Virus record (IMG/VR): IMGVR_UViG_3300044816_000066
Span: 2,155 to 66,154 of that record
Length of the DNA stretch: 64,000 bases
Direction: 5' to 3' (one strand)
Source of the DNA: a virus
Taxonomy: Duplodnaviria > Caudoviricetes
Shown here: piece after piece, positions 8,294-16,437 of the stretch
Numbering within the stretch: position 1 is the stretch's first letter
Layout: each line of letters opens with the position of its first letter
Notes under the pieces: model-generated
Database searches by the model: none
The model's input: the letters and a program-made list of their open reading frames with translations, nothing else
What the model was told of the DNA's origin: nothing
Position numbers and translations under genes: made by a program

Positions 8294-8487
8294 TGCCAAT
8301 GAGCCGGGTGATGGGCCAACCCGGTCATCAGATAACGGTGACGCCCACGACAAAGGGGCTATCAATCCTGATTGAAGAAGATGGCGCTCCAGCGGAAGTC
8401 ATTATTCGATTGAGCCGTAGGAACGCCGTCATGCTCCACAGCTTCATCGGGTGGGCACTGGACAACCCAGTGGTGGAGGGCAAGTGA
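8290..8487 (+). CDS. Hypothetical protein
   Basis: Coupled ORF within the operon. Confidence 0.55.
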   Translation: MMPMSRVMGQPGHQITVTPTTKGLSILIEEDGAPAEVIIRLSRRNAVMLHSFIGWALDNPVVEGK

Positions 8488-8675
8488 CGCTACTACCGTG
8501 CCCGTTCTGTGGGTCAGGAGACATGTTTGTCGATGGGGCTAATAACCGATGGGTGACTTGCGTACAATGCTACTCGTCTGGACCGTCATTCGATGGCATG
8601 GGCAAGATTGAAAAGGCGTGCGCGGCATGGAACAAGCGCACGCCCCTGCCAGAAGATTCGGGGAGTGCCAAGTGA
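8484..8675 (+). CDS. Lar-family restriction alleviation protein
   Basis: LLPCPFCG...CVQC.SSGP...AAWNKR. Confidence 0.8.
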   Translation: MTLLPCPFCGSGDMFVDGANNRWVTCVQCYSSGPSFDGMGKIEKACAAWNKRTPLPEDSGSAK

Positions 8676-10993
8676 AGCACGTTTCGGAACTGCTGGAGAA
8701 GATTCCGTACGCGGAGTTCCTGGCGTCGAAAGAAAAGAAAGCTCTCGATTATGGATGGGACGTCGGACTATCCGACCTGAATCCGCGAATGAAGGATTTC
8801 CAATCCGCCATTGCGAAATGGGCGCTTAAACGAGGACGTTCCGCTATCTTCGCGGGGACCGGACTCGGCAAGACGTTCATGCAGATGGAATGGGCTAGGG
8901 CAATCGTCGATAAAACGTTCGGAGCCGTTTTGATACTGGCTCCTTTCGCTGTAGCCAATCAGACCGTGGGCGAAGGGGATAAGTTCGGCATCGAGATCTA
9001 CCGGGCAATGGATCAATCGGAATGCGGGAATGAGGGTATCTATGTAACGAACTACGATCGGCTTGATAAGTTCGACACGTCTAAGTTCGCGGGCGTCGTA
9101 CTCGATGAAAGTTCAATCCTCAAGTCCCTAAACGGTGCAACCAAAAAAGAACTAATCGAGCGCTTCAGCCGAACGCAATACCGATTGTGCTGTACCGCAA
9201 CCCCGGCTCCAAACGATCACATGGAACTTGGCAACCATGCTGAGTTTCTCGGGGTAATGACAGCAGTCGAGATGCTGGCGACATGGTTCGTTCATGACGG
9301 CGGCGATACGTCCAAGTGGAGACTGAAGGGCCATGCCACGAAAGACTTCTGGCGATGGGTCTCATCATGGGCCGTGTCCATCGAGAAGCCGTCTGATCTT
9401 GGATTCAGTGACGATGGATATGACCTCCCACCGCTCCATATTATTGAGCATGTGGTGAAGGTGGATCAGTCTATAGACACCGATGGAATGCTGTTCCGCG
9501 CGCCGGACATGAGCGCCACTGGGCTACATAAAGAGATGCGGCTTACGACCGCTCCTCGCGTCGAGAAGTTGATGGAACTCGTGGACGAAACATCCATGGG
9601 TGTGATCTGGTGCAACACGGATTACGAGGCTGATGAGATCAATAGGCAGGCCCGACTAGAGAACTTTGATCTGTATGAGGTTCGTGGTTCCGGGATGACT
9701 TCCGAGCAAAAGGAGAATATTCTATCCCGGTTCTCCCAAGGAGACATAGACTGGATTCTCACCAAATCGAGAATCGCTGGATTTGGGATGAATTGGCAAC
9801 ACTGCAACTGGGTTGCATTCGTCGGACTGTCCTACTCCTATGAGCAGATGTACCAAGCCATCCGCCGATGCTGGCGTTTCGGGCAACTACGGCCCGTCTA
9901 TGTCCACATCATCTGCGCGGAGACCGAGGGCAAGGTAGCGGAGTCTCTCAAGCGCAAAGAACAGGAAGATATTGTCATGCGTCGTTCACTCGTTGAAGCG
10001 ATGCGCGAGACGCAACTGGACGGAGCGATGCGGACGAAGGTTCCCTACCGAACGGAATGGCGAACGGGTGATGGTTGGAATTTAGGACTGGGGGATAGCG
10101 TGGAAGTTTTGCAAAAGGTGCCTGACGATTCGGTGGATTACATAATTTACAGCCCGCCATTTAGTTCGTTATATTGCTATTCCAACTCTGACCGCGACAT
10201 GGGCAACTCGCTCACTTACCGGCAGTTCATCGACCACTATAGGTTTCTGGCAAAGGAGTTATACCGAGTCCTCAAGCCGGGCCGCCTACTCTCCTTCCAT
10301 TGCATGAACCTGCCCTTATCTAAGGAACGAGACGGAGTGATCGGGCAGCGCGACTTCCGCGGGGCGTTGATTAAAGCGCACGAACGTTGCGTCAATTGCG
10401 ATAATCCACGGCCCGAGTTCGGCGATGATGAACCGCACGCTTGCGGGAACTATCAAGGCATGGTGCTCCATTCCGAGACGTGTATCTGGAAAGACCCAGT
10501 GACGGCCATGCAGCGTACGAAGGCCATTGGACTCCTTTACAAGCAGCTTCGTAAGGATTCCGCACTATCTCGGCAGGGCATTCCCGACTACCTCATCACA
10601 ATGCGCAAGGATGGCGTGAATCCTGATCCGGTAACCAAGACTCACGAGTCCTTCCCGGTGTCTGAGTGGCAGGAATACGCATCGCCAGTTTGGATGGATA
10701 TCGATCCATCGGACACACTACAACGCGAGTCGGCACGGGAGCACAAAGACGAACGTCATATCGCTCCGCTTCAACTCCAAGTCATCAGTCGGGCCATTCG
10801 GTTATGGACTAATCCCGGTGATCTGGTGTTATCCCCATTCGCAGGCATCGGATCAGAGGGTGTAGTGGCGCTGGGGATGGGCCGGCGCTTTCTCGGGGTG
10901 GAACTGAAAGAGTCGTATTTTGGACAAGCCGCGCGTAATTTAGACGAACAGTCCAACTCGATCCAGGGTAATTTACTGGAGCACTTAGCATGA
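8672..10993 (+). CDS. SF2 helicase fused to beta-class N4-C/N6-A DNA methyltransferase
   Basis: GTGLGKT, LDESS, TATP, GMNWQ, QAIRRCWRFGQ; then YSPPF (motif IV) before VLSPFAGIGS (motif I). Confidence 0.9.
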   Translation: MKHVSELLEKIPYAEFLASKEKKALDYGWDVGLSDLNPRMKDFQSAIAKWALKRGRSAIFAGTGLGKTFMQMEWARAIVDKTFGAVLILAPFAVANQTVGEGDKFGIEIYRAMDQSECGNEGIYVTNYDRLDKFDTSKFAGVVLDESSILKSLNGATKKELIERFSRTQYRLCCTATPAPNDHMELGNHAEFLGVMTAVEMLATWFVHDGGDTSKWRLKGHATKDFWRWVSSWAVSIEKPSDLGFSDDGYDLPPLHIIEHVVKVDQSIDTDGMLFRAPDMSATGLHKEMRLTTAPRVEKLMELVDETSMGVIWCNTDYEADEINRQARLENFDLYEVRGSGMTSEQKENILSRFSQGDIDWILTKSRIAGFGMNWQHCNWVAFVGLSYSYEQMYQAIRRCWRFGQLRPVYVHIICAETEGKVAESLKRKEQEDIVMRRSLVEAMRETQLDGAMRTKVPYRTEWRTGDGWNLGLGDSVEVLQKVPDDSVDYIIYSPPFSSLYCYSNSDRDMGNSLTYRQFIDHYRFLAKELYRVLKPGRLLSFHCMNLPLSKERDGVIGQRDFRGALIKAHERCVNCDNPRPEFGDDEPHACGNYQGMVLHSETCIWKDPVTAMQRTKAIGLLYKQLRKDSALSRQGIPDYLITMRKDGVNPDPVTKTHESFPVSEWQEYASPVWMDIDPSDTLQRESAREHKDERHIAPLQLQVISRAIRLWTNPGDLVLSPFAGIGSEGVVALGMGRRFLGVELKESYFGQAARNLDEQSNSIQGNLLEHLA

Positions 10994-11595
10994 CGACCCT
11001 AGCCAGAATAGACGCGGAACTATGCGACATCCGCGAAGGCGACTACATCCAAACGTTTACTGGGCGTAAGTTCTGGCCACTGGACCCGCGACCGGAAGAG
11101 ATCGACATACAGGACATTGCCCACGCACTCTCGATGACGTGCCGATTCAATGGACACACGTCGCGCTTCTATTCAGTCGCCGAGCACTGCGTGCATGTCA
11201 GTCTGTTGGTTCCGCCAGCCGATGCTCTATGGGGATTACTTCACGATGCAGCGGAAGCCTACATAAGCGACCTATCCAGGCCGATCAAAAAGAATTCCCG
11301 ACTGGGCGATGAGTACGCGCTGATCGAGAAACGCCTCATGCTCAATGTCGAGGTGGCGTTTGATCTCGGGGACGAACCCGCATCGATCAAAGAGGCAGAT
11401 AACCGGATGCTTGCTGTTGAGGCCGGGAAGTTGATGAACCATGACCCGGAACTATGGTCTGGTCAGCTAGTTCCGTTGACTGGCAACGAGCCTGGTATTC
11501 AGTGCTGGACTCCATTCAGGGCCAGGACGATATTTAGGTGGCGTTTCAATCAACTGATGGCCGAGCGGCTGCTGGTGGAGAAGGAGAGCGCGTGA
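10990..11595 (+). CDS. HD-domain nucleotide phosphohydrolase (YfbR/YfdR-like)
   Basis: DIAHALS..CRFNGH...YSVAEH...LLHDAAEAY.SD...AD. Confidence 0.88.
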   Translation: MTTLARIDAELCDIREGDYIQTFTGRKFWPLDPRPEEIDIQDIAHALSMTCRFNGHTSRFYSVAEHCVHVSLLVPPADALWGLLHDAAEAYISDLSRPIKKNSRLGDEYALIEKRLMLNVEVAFDLGDEPASIKEADNRMLAVEAGKLMNHDPELWSGQLVPLTGNEPGIQCWTPFRARTIFRWRFNQLMAERLLVEKESA

Positions 11596-11816
11596 CAGAC
11601 AAGGAGTTACTTACTGCGGCCGCTAGGCAATTGTTCGCATTGCGGAAATTGTCAGACAAGGCCGAATCCGTTCTCATATCCCATCTTTCCAGAATCGACT
11701 TACCCCAAAATGCTTTAGCCAGAATGCTTGCAGTGAGTCCGCAGCATATGAACGACATGATACACGGACGAAGAAGCATCACTACTGAGATGGCTGAATT
11801 GTTAGGTGACATGTGA
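11592..11816 (+). CDS. XRE-like HTH protein
   Basis: PQNALARMLAVSPQHMNDMIHGRRSIT. Confidence 0.7.
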   Translation: MTDKELLTAAARQLFALRKLSDKAESVLISHLSRIDLPQNALARMLAVSPQHMNDMIHGRRSITTEMAELLGDM

Positions 11817-11914
11817 ATGTGGCTCCACTTACCTACATATCTTTGTTCTCCGGCGCCGGAATGGGCGCGGCACTTGTCGAGCTTATTAGGAGGTCGATGA
11901 ATGTGTCTGCATAA
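11813..11914 (+). pseudogene. Remnant of a C5-cytosine methyltransferase (motif I only)
   Basis: 33-aa coupled ORF VNVAPLTYISLFSGAGMGAALVELIRRSMNVSA; ISLFSGAG matches C5-MTase motif I at the expected N-terminal position. Confidence 0.5.
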
Positions 11915-12101
11915 CTCCCATTCCTTCCCCCAAACAGACCCGATAACTCACCTCACCACCGTTCAATGTTTCTCTTGCGCAAATCGCCTGATTTATTCGT
12001 GGGAATCGATGAAGATTGTACGCAAACCGATGTTCCCGCGCATCCAACAATTCATGTCTGAGCGTCGTTATTTGCGGGCATTGCGGGGGTTTAGTAGATG
12101 A
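11901..12101 (+). CDS. Small Cys/His protein
   Basis: C.H...CxxC; AGGAGG upstream. Confidence 0.55.
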   Translation: MCLHNSHSFPQTDPITHLTTVQCFSCANRLIYSWESMKIVRKPMFPRIQQFMSERRYLRALRGFSR

Positions 12102-12208
12102 ATCCCACCGTTCAGTTCCGCATCGACAACAACGGTCACGGACAGGTGCTACCGTTCATGCCGATCAATCTTAGATATGTAGCGCTTGAAAGGAGCGCAA
12201 GTAACCAA

Positions 12209-12565
12209 ATGCAGGAAGAAGCGGAAAGTGATCACAAGGTGGCCGATATCCTTTCGACCATCTGCGAATTGAATAGAGGTAACTTCGCCATTGAGTGTGG
12301 CCGTAAGCTCCAGGAGCTATCGGACGCCATCATCGACACGGGCGGCAAGGGAAGGCTGGTTATCACTCTCGATGTCACGCCGAGCGGGCTGAAGAAGGGG
12401 CGCATCAACCAGTTCGAAGTTCGCCCGGAAGTGAAGATTACCAAGCCGCAACATGATCAGGGGTCGAGCATCTTCTTTGTCACTCCTGACGGCAAACTAA
12501 CGCGCGACGATCCGGATCAGATGGACCTGGAACTCAAAGAATTCTCCGAAGAAAGAAGGAAGTAA
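12209..12565 (+). CDS. YfdP-like partner of DUF2303
   Basis: TGGKGRLVITL...IFFVTPDGKLTRDDPDQ; AAGGAG upstream. Confidence 0.7.
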   Translation: MQEEAESDHKVADILSTICELNRGNFAIECGRKLQELSDAIIDTGGKGRLVITLDVTPSGLKKGRINQFEVRPEVKITKPQHDQGSSIFFVTPDGKLTRDDPDQMDLELKEFSEERRK

Positions 12566-12566
12566 T

Positions 12567-13397
12567 TTGGCAAACGAAACGAACTTAGACAAGACGGCGC
12601 TACTGGCGGCCGTCAGCTTGGGTCAGAAGCTCGCGGAGCCGCACCTTGGCGTAGATCTTCAAATCCCGTATGCGATTGTGCCGAACGATTCGAAGCTCGA
12701 ATCGCTCATGGCACTGAAGCACCCACATGGGTTGCGGCCGGACCGGATCAAGGCTGCCCCCGTATTTTCCAACGCGGTTAGTTTTTGCCGCTACGTGGAT
12801 CTGTTCCGCGACGAGCGTACGCAGGTTTTCGCGAACCCTGAAAAGCTTTCATTCCTGGCGGTGATTGACTACCACGGAACTGGCGAGATGCGCCCGGAGT
12901 TCTGTGACCATAAGGCCCACTTCACACTGAAGCAATCAGTTCAGTGGCAAACGTGGTTCGGCAAGAACACCGTTTCATTCACGCAGGTAGAGTTCGCTGA
13001 GTTCATCGAAGACAACATGACGGACATTGCGAGCCCGGCGCCAGCTTTCATGCTGGAGGTGGCTCGGGATCTCAACGCAAAGACAGACGTCAACTTCGCT
13101 TCTTCGGTATCACTGAAGAACGGGCAGACACAACTCCGTTACGAGGAGACCATCAAAGGCAGTGTTGGCGTTGGCAACCTGGACGTTCCCGAGCGGTTCT
13201 CGATCAGTATTCCGGTGTTCTACGGAGAGGACAAGATTACCATCTCGATCCGCCTCCGGTTCCGCATCTCGCAAGGGAAACTCACCTTCCATTACAAGAT
13301 GAACGGCCCGACTGAAATCCTGAACGATTCTTTCGATAAGGCGGCTGGCTCCATCGGGGAAACACTGCAATACGACATCCTGCGCGGCACCATGTAA
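12567..13397 (+). CDS. DUF2303 (YfdQ-like) protein
   Basis: AVIDYH...FCDH...QVEFAEFIEDN...PERF.ISIPVF.G...RLRFR. Confidence 0.85.
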   Translation: MANETNLDKTALLAAVSLGQKLAEPHLGVDLQIPYAIVPNDSKLESLMALKHPHGLRPDRIKAAPVFSNAVSFCRYVDLFRDERTQVFANPEKLSFLAVIDYHGTGEMRPEFCDHKAHFTLKQSVQWQTWFGKNTVSFTQVEFAEFIEDNMTDIASPAPAFMLEVARDLNAKTDVNFASSVSLKNGQTQLRYEETIKGSVGVGNLDVPERFSISIPVFYGEDKITISIRLRFRISQGKLTFHYKMNGPTEILNDSFDKAAGSIGETLQYDILRGTM

Positions 13398-13402
13398 TCG
13401 CC

Positions 13403-13846
13403 ATGCTTTCATCAGACATCAAGGCCGTGCTCAATCCGGATCACGGCCAAATACTGTCGATCACCGTCTATGGCAAGTCAGAGCCCCAAGGTTCAACGAA
13501 AGCCTTCATGCCGAAGGGTTGGACGCGGCCCGTCATCACAACTGACAACGCGGCACTGAAGCCCTGGCGTCAGCAGATCTCCTGGACGGCTGCGGGTCAG
13601 CTTGCCGGACAGAAGCCAACAAGCCAAGCCGTAAGCGTGGCGATGCGCTTCTACTTCGCCCGGCCGAAGAGTTTACCTAAGAAAATCATTCACAAGACGA
13701 CAAAATCTGATGTCGATAAATTGGCGCGTGGAGTTCTCGACGCCTTGTCCGGAATTGCCTTTGTGGACGATTCGCAAGTGATCTCCCTGTCGGCAACGAA
13801 GCAGTTTGGGCTACCCGAGCGCGTTGAGATTGAGGTGAGTTTGTGA
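13403..13846 (+). CDS. rusA: RusA Holliday junction resolvase
   Basis: PQGS, DVDKLARGVLDALSG..FVDDSQV. Confidence 0.9.
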   Translation: MLSSDIKAVLNPDHGQILSITVYGKSEPQGSTKAFMPKGWTRPVITTDNAALKPWRQQISWTAAGQLAGQKPTSQAVSVAMRFYFARPKSLPKKIIHKTTKSDVDKLARGVLDALSGIAFVDDSQVISLSATKQFGLPERVEIEVSL

Positions 13847-13856
13847 TCCCGCGGCT

Positions 13857-14221
13857 GGCGGATGGAGGGAAGAAATACTGATGACGCGATATTGGATTTC
13901 TTGGGTTCAACCGACCGAAGATTACAGGCCACTTAGTGATCCACCGAAGAACCAAGCGGTAATTGGCTGGTGGGTATCTGGCTACGATTCTCAAGATCAT
14001 GCGTGCATCTGCGCCCTCGTGACGGCCAGCAGCGATACCGATGCAATGAGTGTGGTGGCTACCGATTGGCCTGAGTCCAAATCGGCCGCTTGGCGATTTT
14101 GCCACGAACGCACGCCGCCCTACATCCCCGGTGATCGATTTACGTTCGCGCGCTGGATGGTCGATAGGGAGCGCTCTGACCGTGAGGCCCGCCAGGCGGA
14201 TGGAGGGAAGAAATACTGATG
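13857..14221 (+). repeat. 27-bp perfect direct repeat (13857-13883, 14195-14221)
   Basis: GGCGGATGGAGGGAAGAAATACTGATG occurs twice, each carrying RBS, stop and start. Confidence 0.95.
13881..14219 (+). CDS. Trp-rich hypothetical protein
   Basis: ORF bounded by the 27-bp repeat. Confidence 0.75.
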   Translation: MTRYWISWVQPTEDYRPLSDPPKNQAVIGWWVSGYDSQDHACICALVTASSDTDAMSVVATDWPESKSAAWRFCHERTPPYIPGDRFTFARWMVDRERSDREARQADGGKKY

Positions 14222-14476
14222 CGAGAAGAACTGGAAACAACCCATTACATGAGCGACCCCGAGCGCTGCTTGGAGATGCTGGGAGTTTACTGCTTGCGGC
14301 CGAAGTCCGAATATCGCCAAGAATACGGGGCTGTTCTCTGGTGGAAGCCGCAAACCGAAGAAGAGCCGGTCGTCGGAGGTATGCGGGCAGCATATGGAGA
14401 CTATTTCAGTCATTGGTCCCCACTGCCCGATTGCCGCAAGATGACCGTGAGCGATGGAGCGAAGCTATGCCGATAA
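14219..14476 (+). CDS. Hypothetical protein
   Basis: RBS in the repeat; SHWSPLP motif common in small phage proteins. Confidence 0.7.
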   Translation: MREELETTHYMSDPERCLEMLGVYCLRPKSEYRQEYGAVLWWKPQTEEEPVVGGMRAAYGDYFSHWSPLPDCRKMTVSDGAKLCR

Positions 14477-14640
14477 CCAATGACGAGATGTCCGAGTTGA
14501 AATGGGCAATAGAAGTGTTACTAAGCACTGACCGCAAATTGCGGGATGCCCAACTTGCTAAGGATGAAGCCGAGAGCAAACTGAATGGCTTGGTATGGAA
14601 AATGAAAAACGAGAACGATAAGCCCGTACCGGACAAATGA
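14467..14640 (+). CDS. Small coiled-coil protein
   Basis: GGAG RBS; coupled to the next ORF. Confidence 0.55.
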   Translation: MPITNDEMSELKWAIEVLLSTDRKLRDAQLAKDEAESKLNGLVWKMKNENDKPVPDK

Positions 14641-14861
14641 AGCAACCCCGCCGCTTAGTCCGCATTGAGTTCATCCGCGAGTTCGACCTGGGCGCCGCGA
14701 AGCCCCACCATGTCGGTGAAGTGATCGAGGTGGCGGATTTCATAGCGAATGCGCTGATTAAGGGCGGCCGGGCGAAGGAGTGGGCACCGGGACCAGAGCG
14801 GGATTGGGAAGACGTACGTGGGTTGGTTCAGGTTCCATTGTTTAGTGATGAGATTAAGTAA
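14637..14861 (+). CDS. Hypothetical protein
   Basis: GEVIEV....ANALIKGGRA motif; ATGA coupling. Confidence 0.6.
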   Translation: MKQPRRLVRIEFIREFDLGAAKPHHVGEVIEVADFIANALIKGGRAKEWAPGPERDWEDVRGLVQVPLFSDEIK

Positions 14862-14915
14862 GTTGGTCGGCTTAAATGCGGTTGAATTTCAGGAAAACAC
14901 GGGGGAGTTGTTATG

Positions 14916-14944
14916 TTGCGGAATGACCTTGGGATCAGTATGAT
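14916..14944 (+). promoter_or_regulatory. Sigma70-type promoter of the replication operon
   Basis: TTGCGG-17 nt-TATGAT, followed by leader hairpins 14954-14988 and 15000-15015. Confidence 0.6.
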
Positions 14945-15018
14945 GGTTTATGCGGGTTGGCGTGAAGCTTGCGACCTCACACCAACCCTAAAGCAATACC
15001 GGAAAGAGGTTTCCGAAA

Positions 15019-15546
15019 ATGCTCTCAATAGAGTATAACGCGCCGTCCGCGGACATCGTTCCAATCCCCACCAGGTACCGGCATTATCTCACCCGTAGCC
15101 GTCTTGAAGCACGCTGGATGGTTTTCTTCGACAACATCGATCTGAAGTTCGAGTATGAGACGGAGGGCTACCAGTTGGGCTCCGTCCGCTACCTTCCCGA
15201 TTTCTGGTTTCCTCAAATCCGGTTGTGGGCCGAGGCCAAACCGACCACACTAAAACCGGAAGAGCAGACCAAGGCAAACCTACTGGCGGTGCGCAGCGGA
15301 TTCGATGTCCTGCTGCTTGTCGGGCCGCCTGAGTGTCGCTTGTATCCCGGCGCAACGATGGACGCCGGTGAAGTCACTCACGCCTTTTATTCCCTGGACA
15401 TCCACTTTCACCGAAAACAGTTCAAGCAGGGGCGCCTATGGTCGGAGAGTGAATCCGGCGACTGGCTGGACGATGACAGCTTTACCGAGCGCTACAAGCG
15501 AGCGATGGGCGAAGCACTCAGTTACGACTTCCGGGAGGCGGCATAG
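15019..15546 (+). CDS. PD-(D/E)XK nuclease-like protein
   Basis: RSRLEARW..FFD....FEYE.EG......YLPDF.......EAKP. Confidence 0.75.
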   Translation: MLSIEYNAPSADIVPIPTRYRHYLTRSRLEARWMVFFDNIDLKFEYETEGYQLGSVRYLPDFWFPQIRLWAEAKPTTLKPEEQTKANLLAVRSGFDVLLLVGPPECRLYPGATMDAGEVTHAFYSLDIHFHRKQFKQGRLWSESESGDWLDDDSFTERYKRAMGEALSYDFREAA

Positions 15547-16437
15547 ATGCGCGCTCGTTCTATCAAGCCATCGTTTTTCAAAAGTGACACAATTGCCGAG
15601 CTTCCCTTCTGGGTCAGGATTCTGTTTCAGGGTTTATGGTCCATGGCCGACCGGCGCGGCATCATGGAGGATCGGGTAAAGAAGATCAAGGCCGAGATCT
15701 TTCCGTACGACGATGTCGATGTCGAGTCTGGGCTGATATTGCTCTCCGAAAAGGGATTCATCATCCGGTACCGTCCCGACTCCGGCGCGGCTATAGGCAT
15801 TTTGAACTTCTCGAAACATCAACATCCGCATCCCAAGGAGCCGGATGCCGAGATAGAACATTTCCAGAAATTTCTTGCAACGGCTAATTCCGGTAAAGCC
15901 ACGGCTAGTTCCGGCGAAGCAACGGCTAGCAACGGAAAAGCCGGAACCGGCCCGTCTGGTTCTTGTTTCTTGGTACTTGGTTCTTGTAACCCTTTACCCG
16001 AAACCGGGCTTGAGGAAAAAATCGTCGAGGAACCAAAATCCGAAAACGTGTTCGCCTTCAAACCGAAGGTTAACCCGAATGAGCAGAAGCAGCTGGACAC
16101 CGCGATGGAGCATGAGCAGATTGGGCCTGGCCTAAAATACTCCAACCCTTGCGAATGGTTCATCGATACGTTCCTCGGCGAAGTCAAAGGCGACACGTGG
16201 CGATCATTCGGCAAGTACGTTGCCAGCAGCGAACTACTGCTTTCGTTGCTCACAAATCATCCCCTCTGGATGAAAACCCGCAAATGGCAGGAGGGATTTA
16301 CTACAGACTCCGAAAAATACCTAAAAGGGCAAACGTGGATTCGGCCTCCCACGGCGAATCTGTTTCCGAGTGGTTTCATTCCAGGTGCGGTAAATGGACA
16401 GAGCAGTCAGCCACCCGAAGGGTCTATTCTCAGATGA
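15547..16437 (+). CDS. Phage replication initiator / replisome organizer
   Basis: RARSIKPSFF....LF.GLW.MADR.G N-terminal wHTH; internal repeats; upstream of the helicase. Confidence 0.8.
   Translation: MRARSIKPSFFKSDTIAELPFWVRILFQGLWSMADRRGIMEDRVKKIKAEIFPYDDVDVESGLILLSEKGFIIRYRPDSGAAIGILNFSKHQHPHPKEPDAEIEHFQKFLATANSGKATASSGEATASNGKAGTGPSGSCFLVLGSCNPLPETGLEEKIVEEPKSENVFAFKPKVNPNEQKQLDTAMEHEQIGPGLKYSNPCEWFIDTFLGEVKGDTWRSFGKYVASSELLLSLLTNHPLWMKTRKWQEGFTTDSEKYLKGQTWIRPPTANLFPSGFIPGAVNGQSSQPPEGSILR
15877..15988 (+). repeat. Putative origin: 3 x 21-bp iterons plus T-rich 7-mer repeats
   Basis: GC(A/C)ACGGCTA...CGG.(A/G)AA at 15877, 15898, 15919; TCTTGGT-like units 15954-15988. Confidence 0.65.

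Noticed and set aside
11592-11816. This HTH as the immunity repressor or a HigA antitoxin
   Set aside because: It is embedded mid-operon with no divergent promoter and no adjacent toxin.
16149-16433. 680-aa primase-helicase start
   Set aside because: It overlaps the initiator; the ATGA-coupled start at 16434 sits just before the Zn finger.
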